Source: Candidatus Latescibacterota bacterium (GTDB lineage: Bacteria; Latescibacterota; UBA2968; UBA8231). Taken from it: a stretch of DNA of 64,000 nucleotides. The stretch covers positions 640,001-704,000 of the forward strand of contig CBDCXV010000009.1 of the NCBI GenBank assembly GCA_965223905.1, written 5' to 3'. The position numbers were made by a program, and so were the translations under genes. Below the pieces are notes generated by a model, which had not been told where the DNA came from, searched no databases, and saw only the letters and a program-made list of their open reading frames with translations. Shown one piece after another: positions 1 to 8,997 of this stretch (position 1 is the stretch's first letter; every line of letters begins with the position of its first letter).

Positions 1-1
1 C

Positions 2-430
2 GCCGGCGCTGTACTGTGGACCCTTGCCAAGTGGCGGGGTTGGGGCGGATTGAAAACCCAGTCTGAAGAGGGGTTGCGCAGCATCGCCGCGGCCGCCCTC
101 GTCGTCGGCCCCCTGAAGCTTGCCATCCGCCGGAGCCGTCCCGACGGCAGCGGCAGGCTTTCGTTTCCGTCCGGTCACACAGCCACGGCCTTTGCCCTCT
201 CCACGGTGCTCGCCCGCGGCCACGGCCCGCGCATCGGATTGCCGGCGTACGCCTTGGCGGCGTTGGTGCCGGCGGCGCGGATCGGCGGAAAAAAACACCA
301 CTTTTCCGACGCAGTCGCAGGCGCATGCATCGGCACTGCAGCCGGCTTGGCGGTCGGGCTCGCCGGTAGCGATCCGGCTCTGCAGGCTCGGATCAATCCT
401 ACGGGAGGGCAGGTAAGCTGGAGGTTCTGA
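2..430 (+). CDS. PAP2-family phosphatase (5'-truncated by the window edge)
   Basis: Frame is open from position 2; PAP2 motifs K..IRRSRP, SFPSGHT and ARI...KHHFSD. Confidence 0.85.
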   Translation, partial: AGAVLWTLAKWRGWGGLKTQSEEGLRSIAAAALVVGPLKLAIRRSRPDGSGRLSFPSGHTATAFALSTVLARGHGPRIGLPAYALAALVPAARIGGKKHHFSDAVAGACIGTAAGLAVGLAGSDPALQARINPTGGQVSWRF

Positions 431-655
431 CTCCGGGGCCGGCGTTTAGCCCAGATCATATCATGGCGGGTCCGGCTCCTAAACCGAAGGCAACTCAGGG
501 TTTGCAGAAGTTCGCGGGGGAGCCAGGCAGTACAGGGCGCATGCCCCTCAGCCTGACTTTCAGGACTGTGGCAGGATCCTTCCCCCCGGCCTGCCACAAG
601 GGGGCCGTTTTCTGATGATTTCACTGCCGATCGTAGTGGCCGAGAATCGCGATTG

Positions 656-703
656 TCAGTATGATTGTACGTACTCTGTTCAGTATGATTTTACGTATTC
701 TTT
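656..703. promoter_or_regulatory. Imperfect 24-bp tandem repeat upstream of the giant adhesin gene; candidate operator/promoter
   Basis: tcagtatgattgtacgtactctgt / tcagtatgattttacgtattcttt (21/24 identical); each copy has TATGAT and the palindrome TACGTA; AT-rich against the GC-rich background. Confidence 0.45.
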
Positions 704-928
704 CTGAACGCAGGCCGTATCAGGCATGTCTCAACCGGATGGTAGACATGAATGCCTTGCCTCCGAAGCTCGACCTCTCACTTCTCCCTCCAGAAAGAGA
801 ACTCCATGATGAACACGATTGTTGCCGCATTTCTTGAAATCGCTCGGAAGGCAAGATCATCGATCTGCTATCCCAATTTTTTCGCTGCAGAGCATGCCAT
901 ACCATCCGCGACGGAAAGGCGCCGAAAA

Positions 929-3900
929 ATGCTAGTTGACAATAAAACAAATCGCGTGACACCGCTTCGCGTCCGTGGCGGATGCGCGGCCATCGTCTCC
1001 TTGATGGCCCTGCTCGGCACCGCTTCCTCCTGGGCTCAAACTGGCTTGAGTCCGTCATTCGGGGATGGGGACATTCCCGACCAAGTCTGGATCGCAGACT
1101 CGGCGATCGAGCCTGTGCCGCTGCCCGAGGCTTCGGGAGGGGACGGCGAGTTGGAATATACAGTGTCTCCAGAGCTTCCGGAGGGCTTGGTGTTTGAGGA
1201 AGTCACGAGGACTCTGTCGGGTACACCGACGACCCCCCAAGCCGAAGCCGAGTACGCATTGTTTGCTACCGACGCCGACGGCGATGCGGCCACCCTCTTC
1301 TTTTTTATTGAGGTAATCGAAGATTTAATGCCGAGCTTCGCCGAAGAAGTAGGGGATCAGATTTGGACGAAAAACCAGGAGATCGAGCCGTTAGTGCTGC
1401 CGATGGCGGAGGGCGGCAACCGCGAGTTGGAATATACGCTGGAGGGAGAGCTGCCCGAGGGGCTGGAATTCGATGCGGTCACCCGGACGATTTCTGGAAC
1501 CCCTGCGGTTTCCCAGGCCCCAACCGAGTACACTTGGACAGCCACCGACGCTGACGGAGACGCGGTTGAAATACGCTTCTTTGTTTTCGGGTCGGTTTCG
1601 GAGGATCTGGTGCCGAACTTCGCCGAAGGTATCGCAGATCAGATCTACGTCGAAGGTTCGCCGATTGAGCCTCTGTCGTTGCCAGTGGCCACGGGTGGCA
1701 CCGGCGAGTTGGAATATACGCTGGAGGGAGAGCTGCCCGAGGGGCTGGAATTCGATGCAGTCACCCGGACGATTTCCGGCATCCCTGCTGGCCTCCAGGC
1801 CCCAGCCGAGTACACATGGACAGCCACCGACGCCAACGGCGACGCGGTGGATCTGGTTTTCTCCCTGATGGTGGAAGAAGACGTAAATCCCGAGTTCACC
1901 GAAGAGGTGCAGAATCAGACCTGGATCCAGGACTCGGAGATTGCGGTGCTGGATTTGCCGGGTGCGGAGGGGGGTAACGGGCCCTATGTCTATTCGATAT
2001 CTCCTGAGCTTCCGACAGGGCTGACCTTTTGGGCGGGCGACCAGACGATTTTGGGCACGCCCACGGTGGCCCAGGAACGGACCATCTATGTGTACCGGGC
2101 GGTTGACGCCGACGGGGACGCGGTGGAACTGACTTTCTCACTGGCGGTGCTTGAGGACCTTTTGCCGAGCTTCGCCGAAGGTGTGGGGGGGCAGATCTGG
2201 ACGGAAGATTCCGCGGTGGAGACGCTGGTTCTGCCAGAAGGTTCGGGCGGAAACGGCGAGTTGACCTACGAGCTCTCTCCGGAATTGGCACGGGGATTGG
2301 CTTTCGATACGGAGACGCGGACGATTTCGGGAACGCCGGTGGTACCCAAGGAACGGACCCGCTACGTGTACCGGGCGGTTGACGTCGACGGCGACGCCGC
2401 GGAGTTGACCTTCTCGGTGATGGTGCTGAAGGACCTGATGCCGAGTTTCGGCGAAGCGGTGCAGAACCAGACCTGGATCCAGGACTCGGAGATTGCGGCG
2501 TTTGATTTACCGGGTGCGGAAGGGGGTAACGGGGCCATTTCCTATTCGATAACTCCCGAACTTCCGGCGGGCCTGGTCTTTCAGGCGGGCGACCAGACGG
2601 TTTTTGGAACGCCGACGGAGGCCCAGGAACGGACACTCTATGTGTACGGGGCGGTTGACGCCGACGGCGACGCTGTGGAACTGACCTTCTCGCTGGCGGT
2701 GTTGGAAGACCTGATGCCGAGCTTCGCCGAGAGCGTGGAGGCTCAGACCTGGACGGAAGATTCGCTGGTCGAGCCGCTGGAGTTGCCCGCTGCGGAAGGG
2801 GGAAACGGCCCCCTGTCTTACTCGCTGTCTCCGGAGCTTCCGGCTGAGATGGCATTCAATGCGAAGACGCGGACGATTTCAGGGAGGCCGACGGATCCCC
2901 ATGCCGAAACCGAGTACACATTGACGGCCACCGACGCCGACGGCGACCCGGTGGGTTTGGTCTATTCGGTGACGGTGATAGAGGACCTGATGCCGAGTTT
3001 CTCCGAAACGGTGATGAATCAGACCTGGACGCAGGATTCGGCGGTTGAGCTGGTGGTGCCGGAAGCTTCCGGGGGCAACGGCGCGTCGAGGTACACGGTG
3101 ACCCCCGAGTTGCCGACAGGGGTGACATTTGACGAGGGCACCCGGACGATATCGGGCACTCCGTCGACGCCGCAGGATCTGACGCGCTACGTGTTTCGGG
3201 CGATTGACGAGGACGGAGACGTGGCCGGATTTGCGATCTGGCTGAAGGTGCTGGAAGACCTGATGCCGGAATTCCCGGCGAGTGCGGAGGATCAGGTCTG
3301 GACGCAGGATTCGCCGGTTACGCTGGAGCTTCCGGCGGCTGAGGGGGGCAACGGCGCCCTGGTCTACACGCTGTCTCCGGAGCTTCCGGACGGGTTGATG
3401 TTCGAGGGGCCGCGTCAGCGGATCCGGGGCACGCCGACGACACCCCAGGCCGAGACCGAATACACGTTGACGGCGACGGATGAGGACGGCGACCCGGTGG
3501 ATCTGACTTTCTCGCTGACGGTAATAGAGGATCTGATGCCGAGCTTCGCCGAAGGGGTGAGGAATCAGACCTGGACGCAGGGTTCGGAGATCGAGCCGAT
3601 AGTGCTGCCGGAAGCTTCCGGAGGCAACGGCGCGTTGAGGTATACCCTGCTCCCTGAGTTGCCGGAAGGGGTGACGTTGGACGAGGGGTCGCGGACGATA
3701 TCGGGCACCCCTACGAGCCCGCAGGATCTGACGCGCTACGTGTATCGGGCGATCGACGAGGACGGAGACGTGGTGGGGTTCGCTTTTTCCCTGAAGGTGC
3801 TGGAAGACCTGATGCCGGGTTTTTCGGCGAGCGCGGAGGATCAGGTCTGGACGCAGGATTCGTCGATTGGGACGCTGGAGCTTCCGGTGGCGGAAGGGGG

Positions 3901-6900
3901 CAACGGCGCCTTGGTCTACACGCTGTCTCCAGAGCTTCCGGAGGGCCTGACGTTCGAGGGGCCGCGTCAGAGGATCCGGGGCACGCCGACGACACCCCAG
4001 GCCGAGACCGAATACACATTGACGGCGACGGATGAGGACGGCGACGCGGCGGACCTGACCTTCTCGCTGACGGTGATAGAGGACCTGATGGCGAGTTTCG
4101 CGGAAGGGGTGCGTAATCAGACCTGGACGCAGGATTCGGAGATCGAGCCGAAAGTGATGCCGGAGGCATCGGGGGGGAACGGGGCGTTGAGGTATACGCT
4201 GCTCCCTGAGTTGCCGGCGGGGGTTTCGCTGGACGAGGGATCGCGGACGATATCGGGCACCCCGACGGCGCCGCAGGATCTGACGCGCTACGTGTATCGG
4301 GCGATTGACGAGGACGGGGACGTGGTGGGGTTTGCGTTTTCTGTGAAAGTGATAGAGGACCTGATGCCGGGTTTTTCGGCGAGCGTGGAAGACCAGGTCT
4401 GGACGCAGGATTCGTCGATCGGGACGCTGGAGCTTCCGGTGGCGGAAGGAGGCAACGGCGCCCTGGCTTACACCCTGTCACCGGATCTGCCGGAGGGTCT
4501 GACGTTCGAGGGTTCGAGGCAGAGGATCCGGGGGACGCCGACGGTGCCGATGGATCAGACGACCTTCACTTACACTGCTACGGATGCGGACGGCGACGCG
4601 GCGGAGCTGACCTTCTCGCTGACGGTGCTGGAAGACTTGATGCCGAGTTTCGCGGAAGGGGTGCGGGATCAGACCTGGACGCAGGATTCGGAGATCGAGC
4701 CGATTGTGCTGCCGGAGGCATCGGGGGGCAATGGCGCTTTGAGGTACACATTGGAGCCTGAGTTGCCGGCAGGAGTGACCCTGGACGAGGGATCGCGGAC
4801 GATATCGGGCACCCCGACGACGCCGCAGGATCTGACGCGCTACGTGTATCGGGCGATTGACGAGGATGGGGACGTGGTGGGGTTTGCGTTTTCCGTGAAA
4901 GTGATAGAGGACCTGATGCCGGGTTTTTCGGCGAGCGTGGAGGACCGGGTCTGGACGCAGGATTCGTCGAGTGGGACGCTGGAGCTTCCGGTGGCGGAAG
5001 GAGGCAACGGCGCCTTGGCTTACACGCTGTCACCGGAGCTACCGGACGGTCTGATGTTCGAGGGTCCTCGTCAGCGGATCCGGGGGACGCCGACGGTGCC
5101 GATGGATCAGACGACCTTTACCTACACGGCTACGGATGAGGACGGCGACGCGGTGGAGCTGACCTTCGCGCTGACGGTGATCGAGGACCTGATGCCGGGC
5201 TTCGCCGAAGGGGTGAGGGATCAGACCTGGACGCAAAACTCGGAGATCGAGCCGAAAGTGCTTCCGGAGGCATCGGGCGGCAACGGGGAGTTGAGGTACA
5301 CCTTGACCCCCGAGTTGCCGGAAGGGGTGACGTTGGACGAGGGATCGCGGACGATATCTGGTACTCCGGCGAGCCCGCAGGATCTGACGCGCTACGTGTA
5401 TCGGGCGATTGACGAGGACGGAGACGTGGTGGGGTTTGCGTTTTCAGTGAAGGTGCTGGAAGACCTGATGCCGGGTTTTTCGGCGAGCGTGGAGGATCAG
5501 GTCTGGACGCAGGATTCGTCGATCGGGACGCTGGAGCTTCCGGTTGCGGAAGGGGGCAACGGCGTTCTGGTGTATACACTGTCTCCGGAGCTACCGGACG
5601 GTCTGATGTTCGAGGGTCCTCGTCAGCGGATCCGGGGGACGCCGACGGTGCCGATGGATCAGACGACCTTTACCTACACGGCTACGGATGAGGACGGCGA
5701 CGCGGTGGAGCTGACCTTCGCGCTGACGGTGATCGAGGACCTGATGCCGGGCTTCGCCGAAGGGGTGAGGGATCAGACCTGGACGCAGAACTCGGAGATC
5801 GAGCCGATAGTGCTGCCGCAGGCTTCGGGCGGCAACGGGGAGTTGAGGTACACGTTGACGCCTGAGTTGCCGGCAGGGGTATCGCTGGACGAGGGGTCGC
5901 GGACGATATCAGGTACCCCGACGACGCCGCACGAGCGGACCCGCTACGTGTATCGGGCGATTGACGAGGATGGCGACGTCGCCGGGGTTGCCTTCTCGCT
6001 GGCGGTTGCGGAGGACCTGACTCCGGAGTTCACCGAAAGCGTGGAGGACCGGAATTACATCACCGATGTGGCGATTGCCGCGTGGGTGCTGCCGAAGGCC
6101 ACAAGCGGAAACGGCGCCTTGGTGTACACGCTGACGCCTGATTTGCCGGTTGGGCTGTCGTTCGACCCGCCGTCGCGGAAGATAACGGGCACCCCGACCG
6201 TGGCCCAGGAGCGCACGGAATACACCTATACCGCCACTGATGCCGACGGGGACACAGGTTCGTTGACCTTCGGGCTGACCATAACCCTGGCGAAGCCGAC
6301 GGCGCTGAATCTACTGCCTTCTCTCGAGCTGCTGGCAGGCGGAAATGCGGTCAGTGTCGATGTAGACGGGCTGTTCAGCGGTCAGGAACTGGTCTACCAG
6401 TTCGAGTCGAGCGACACCGAGGTCGCCTCCGTGGAGTCCGACGGGGCCTCTGCCGAGGTGACACCGAACCGTGAAGGTTTTACCAGGGTCACGGTAACGG
6501 CGACCAATTCGAGCGGTTCGGCGGATATCAAGTTTTCCGTCACTGTAAGTACCGCCCCGGAAGAGCGCGCCGTGCTCAATGACGTCCTCGCCGGTCTGGC
6601 TCGGGCACGGCTGAGCAGTCTGACTGGGGTGATCGGCCGCCGCTTCGAGGCCGGAGCGGCGTCATCCATGAGCTCTTCCCAGGCCTCCAGGTACGAGGCT
6701 CGCCGCGGGGCTCAGTGGTTCGACAATCTGGACGCGGCCCTGGATGGCTCCGGCGATTTTGGCAGCTTTGGCGGTCCCGGGGATTCCCACCGGAAGCCGA
6801 CCTCCAAACTGTGGGGCCGAACCTTTGCGGTGGCGCTCAACAGCGGAGAGGGTGGAAACAGCGGCGAGTGGACCGGGGCCATGAGTGACCAGTCCATGTC

Positions 6901-8053
6901 CGAGCCGTCATCCAAGATGCGCTGGAGCCTGTGGGGTGCCGGCGATCAGCAGGCCTTCAGTGGCGGCGAGTCCAACTCGTACGAGGGCGATCTGCGCTCG
7001 GTGTACCTGGGCCTGGATGGCGAATTCGGAAAGAGCTGGCTGGGCGGCAGTCGCTGGCTGACCGGTGTCTCGGTGGCCAGCAGCAGCGGAGAGGCGGAGT
7101 ACGATTTCACCGATTCCGACATGAGTGGCAGCGGTATCTTCACGACGAGTCTGACGAGCGTCTATCCGTACATGCGAGGTGCGCTGGCTTCCGGTCTGGA
7201 GCTGTGGTCCATCGCCGGGGTAGGTTCGGGTGAAGTAACAAACGAACGCGCCCATCTGGGCGGCACGACGGACGAGGGAGACCTCACCATGGGGCTGCTG
7301 ATGTTGGGTATGCGCAAACCATTGACTGGCATGGAGACTCGACTGACCCTGTTGGGAGATGCTGCGCAGGAGTGGCTTTCCGCCAACGGCACCGGTTCCC
7401 TGTCCTATAATCCGGTGTCGTCGGTGCAGCGCGCCCGAATGGGCGTGGAGCTGGCGCGTCGTATGGCGGGCGGTCTGGAGCCGTTCGGCGAGCTGAGCGG
7501 CCGTTACGACGGCGGTGACGGGGACGCAGGATCCGGCGTCGAGGTGGCGGCCGGTTCGCGCTACCGCAGCGCCCGCCTCGACATTGAGGCGCGGGGCCGC
7601 ATGCTGGCCATGCACTCGGCTTCGGGCTACAAGGAAACCGGCTTCGGAGCGCGCATCCGGGTGCGGTCGCACGCGGATGGCACCGGGATGTCGATGTCGC
7701 TGTCGCCGCGCTGGGGCAGGGCCGAAGGAAGCGGCTCCTTGTGGAGGGATCAGGCCCTTCAACTGAGGAACGGGGCAGCTGGCGCTTCCAGGCTTCGAGC
7801 TCCGACGCTTGGTGGCGGTATCGGTTATGGCCTCGCTGCAGCGCGGGGTGTAATGACCCCGGCGCTGGAGATGGACCGCAACGAATATGGCCGTACGCGG
7901 CTGCGGCTGGCGCTGGGTTACACTCCAGCTCCGGCTTTGATGCGAGCCTTCGACATGCATGGTGCGATGCTGGACCTCGGCATCAGCCGGGCGGAAGGCC
8001 TCGGCTCCGATCCGGAGCACGAGATCCGCATGAGGGGCCGGCTGCGGTTATGA
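929..8053 (+). CDS. Giant surface adhesin: signal peptide + 19 putative Ig/cadherin-like (He_PIG-like) repeats + Ig-like domain + C-terminal autotransporter-type beta-barrel
   Basis: ORF 752..8053; likely start ATG 929 after GGAAAGG, giving a signal peptide ending ...ASSWA-Q; ~92-aa repeats 'LPxGLxF....RTISGTPT....YTxTATDxDGD'; C-terminal amphipathic strands beginning 'RWSLWGAGD...YEGDLRSVYLGLD'. Confidence 0.85.
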   Translation: MLVDNKTNRVTPLRVRGGCAAIVSLMALLGTASSWAQTGLSPSFGDGDIPDQVWIADSAIEPVPLPEASGGDGELEYTVSPELPEGLVFEEVTRTLSGTPTTPQAEAEYALFATDADGDAATLFFFIEVIEDLMPSFAEEVGDQIWTKNQEIEPLVLPMAEGGNRELEYTLEGELPEGLEFDAVTRTISGTPAVSQAPTEYTWTATDADGDAVEIRFFVFGSVSEDLVPNFAEGIADQIYVEGSPIEPLSLPVATGGTGELEYTLEGELPEGLEFDAVTRTISGIPAGLQAPAEYTWTATDANGDAVDLVFSLMVEEDVNPEFTEEVQNQTWIQDSEIAVLDLPGAEGGNGPYVYSISPELPTGLTFWAGDQTILGTPTVAQERTIYVYRAVDADGDAVELTFSLAVLEDLLPSFAEGVGGQIWTEDSAVETLVLPEGSGGNGELTYELSPELARGLAFDTETRTISGTPVVPKERTRYVYRAVDVDGDAAELTFSVMVLKDLMPSFGEAVQNQTWIQDSEIAAFDLPGAEGGNGAISYSITPELPAGLVFQAGDQTVFGTPTEAQERTLYVYGAVDADGDAVELTFSLAVLEDLMPSFAESVEAQTWTEDSLVEPLELPAAEGGNGPLSYSLSPELPAEMAFNAKTRTISGRPTDPHAETEYTLTATDADGDPVGLVYSVTVIEDLMPSFSETVMNQTWTQDSAVELVVPEASGGNGASRYTVTPELPTGVTFDEGTRTISGTPSTPQDLTRYVFRAIDEDGDVAGFAIWLKVLEDLMPEFPASAEDQVWTQDSPVTLELPAAEGGNGALVYTLSPELPDGLMFEGPRQRIRGTPTTPQAETEYTLTATDEDGDPVDLTFSLTVIEDLMPSFAEGVRNQTWTQGSEIEPIVLPEASGGNGALRYTLLPELPEGVTLDEGSRTISGTPTSPQDLTRYVYRAIDEDGDVVGFAFSLKVLEDLMPGFSASAEDQVWTQDSSIGTLELPVAEGGNGALVYTLSPELPEGLTFEGPRQRIRGTPTTPQAETEYTLTATDEDGDAADLTFSLTVIEDLMASFAEGVRNQTWTQDSEIEPKVMPEASGGNGALRYTLLPELPAGVSLDEGSRTISGTPTAPQDLTRYVYRAIDEDGDVVGFAFSVKVIEDLMPGFSASVEDQVWTQDSSIGTLELPVAEGGNGALAYTLSPDLPEGLTFEGSRQRIRGTPTVPMDQTTFTYTATDADGDAAELTFSLTVLEDLMPSFAEGVRDQTWTQDSEIEPIVLPEASGGNGALRYTLEPELPAGVTLDEGSRTISGTPTTPQDLTRYVYRAIDEDGDVVGFAFSVKVIEDLMPGFSASVEDRVWTQDSSSGTLELPVAEGGNGALAYTLSPELPDGLMFEGPRQRIRGTPTVPMDQTTFTYTATDEDGDAVELTFALTVIEDLMPGFAEGVRDQTWTQNSEIEPKVLPEASGGNGELRYTLTPELPEGVTLDEGSRTISGTPASPQDLTRYVYRAIDEDGDVVGFAFSVKVLEDLMPGFSASVEDQVWTQDSSIGTLELPVAEGGNGVLVYTLSPELPDGLMFEGPRQRIRGTPTVPMDQTTFTYTATDEDGDAVELTFALTVIEDLMPGFAEGVRDQTWTQNSEIEPIVLPQASGGNGELRYTLTPELPAGVSLDEGSRTISGTPTTPHERTRYVYRAIDEDGDVAGVAFSLAVAEDLTPEFTESVEDRNYITDVAIAAWVLPKATSGNGALVYTLTPDLPVGLSFDPPSRKITGTPTVAQERTEYTYTATDADGDTGSLTFGLTITLAKPTALNLLPSLELLAGGNAVSVDVDGLFSGQELVYQFESSDTEVASVESDGASAEVTPNREGFTRVTVTATNSSGSADIKFSVTVSTAPEERAVLNDVLAGLARARLSSLTGVIGRRFEAGAASSMSSSQASRYEARRGAQWFDNLDAALDGSGDFGSFGGPGDSHRKPTSKLWGRTFAVALNSGEGGNSGEWTGAMSDQSMSEPSSKMRWSLWGAGDQQAFSGGESNSYEGDLRSVYLGLDGEFGKSWLGGSRWLTGVSVASSSGEAEYDFTDSDMSGSGIFTTSLTSVYPYMRGALASGLELWSIAGVGSGEVTNERAHLGGTTDEGDLTMGLLMLGMRKPLTGMETRLTLLGDAAQEWLSANGTGSLSYNPVSSVQRARMGVELARRMAGGLEPFGELSGRYDGGDGDAGSGVEVAAGSRYRSARLDIEARGRMLAMHSASGYKETGFGARIRVRSHADGTGMSMSLSPRWGRAEGSGSLWRDQALQLRNGAAGASRLRAPTLGGGIGYGLAAARGVMTPALEMDRNEYGRTRLRLALGYTPAPALMRAFDMHGAMLDLGISRAEGLGSDPEHEIRMRGRLRL
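1046..6289 (+). repeat. Intragenic array of 19 ~276-bp units, with a higher-order A-B period of 552 bp over units ~8-18
   Basis: Like units recur near 3533, 4085, 4637, 5189 and 5741 (552-bp spacing); 5033-5235 is identical to 5585-5787. Confidence 0.9.
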
Positions 8054-8079
8054 GCTGACCGGGCCTTTCAGTCGAATCG

Positions 8080-8113
8080 AAACCCGCGCGGAAGTGATTC
8101 CGCGCGGGTTTTT
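8080..8113 (+). terminator. Rho-independent terminator after the adhesin gene
   Basis: aaacccgcgcggaa-gtga-ttccgcgcgggttttt: 14-bp perfect stem ending in a T-tract. Confidence 0.85.
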
Positions 8114-8311
8114 CAATCTGGTTCCCGATCCTCGGTGAACGCCTTCACTTGGCTCCACTCTTCCAGGAATGGGACCCATCGAGGACCCGTATGCAGCGGT
8201 GGGCCGGGTCTGAAATTTCCCCGGAGATACCTTGGTCGACATAACCTGAGGGCCAGGCAACATTGGGCCACCACCGGTTGCCAGTCACGCGTCCCAGCAA
8301 AGGAGGTTCCA

Positions 8312-8782
8312 TTGATCGATCGGGAGCACACCCTGTCCCGGCCGCGGGCAGCCGGAATTCTCGCCTGCGGCCTGGTTTTCCTCGCAGTCGGCGTCGATGC
8401 CCGCAGCAGTCGGGTTGCCCAGATTCCCAACGGTGGCGAAAACGGCTGCGCCAACTGCCACGTTAACTCGTCCGGCGGGGGAGCCCGCAATTCTTTCGGG
8501 GAGATGATCGATATTGGCTTCCTTACCGAGGCTGGTCCTTCGGGTTCGGTCATCTGGGGTCCCGAGCTCGCCGGGCTCGACGCCGACGAAGACGGCTTCA
8601 CCAACGGCGAAGAGCTCGGAGATCCGGAGGGGACCTGGATCTCCGGCGACGATCCCCCGGGAGACCCGGAAGCGGTAACCAATCCCGCGGATCCAGACAG
8701 CCACCCACCGGAACCGGAAGCGACTGCAGTCGCGGCGTCGACGTGGGGCCGGATCAAGGGCATCCTGCAACTGCGACGGTAA
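8312..8782 (+). CDS. Secreted temptin-like protein with CxxCH (putative c-type heme) motif, DxDxDG repeat and C-terminal TWGRIK tail
   Basis: TTG start after a strong AAGGAGG; signal peptide; 'GCANCHVNSSGGGARNSFG', 'DADEDGFTNGEELGDP..TW', tail 'TAVAASTWGRIK'. Confidence 0.75.
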   Translation: MIDREHTLSRPRAAGILACGLVFLAVGVDARSSRVAQIPNGGENGCANCHVNSSGGGARNSFGEMIDIGFLTEAGPSGSVIWGPELAGLDADEDGFTNGEELGDPEGTWISGDDPPGDPEAVTNPADPDSHPPEPEATAVAASTWGRIKGILQLRR

Positions 8783-8997
8783 GTGTCGCCCGCCTCGAAG
8801 CGGTTGAAAAGCTGCCTGTTGCGAGGGGAGATGGCGACGGCCACCGCCCCGAAACGCCTTGACAGGCGAGATTCCGGCCGTGATTCTCCTGCCTTCCGGC
8901 AGGGCTGAAATAGCGGCGATTCAACGCTGCTTCAATCGGTCCCAGGTCGGTCCTCGCTGATGGTCCATTCCTTCTGCCAGCAACCGGAGAAACGCGG

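Noticed and set aside
752-928. ORF-track N-terminal extensions (adhesin from 752; also 8135, 10684, 18709, 37525, 43801, 63123)
   Set aside because: Better starts with RBS, signal peptides or family-typical N-termini lie downstream; the extensions overlap intergenic or neighbouring-gene sequence.
1046-6289. Regular repeats considered as a CRISPR array or a DGR template/variable pair
   Set aside because: Units are in-frame 276-bp protein domains without unique spacers; differences are not adenine-specific; no cas or reverse transcriptase gene in the window.
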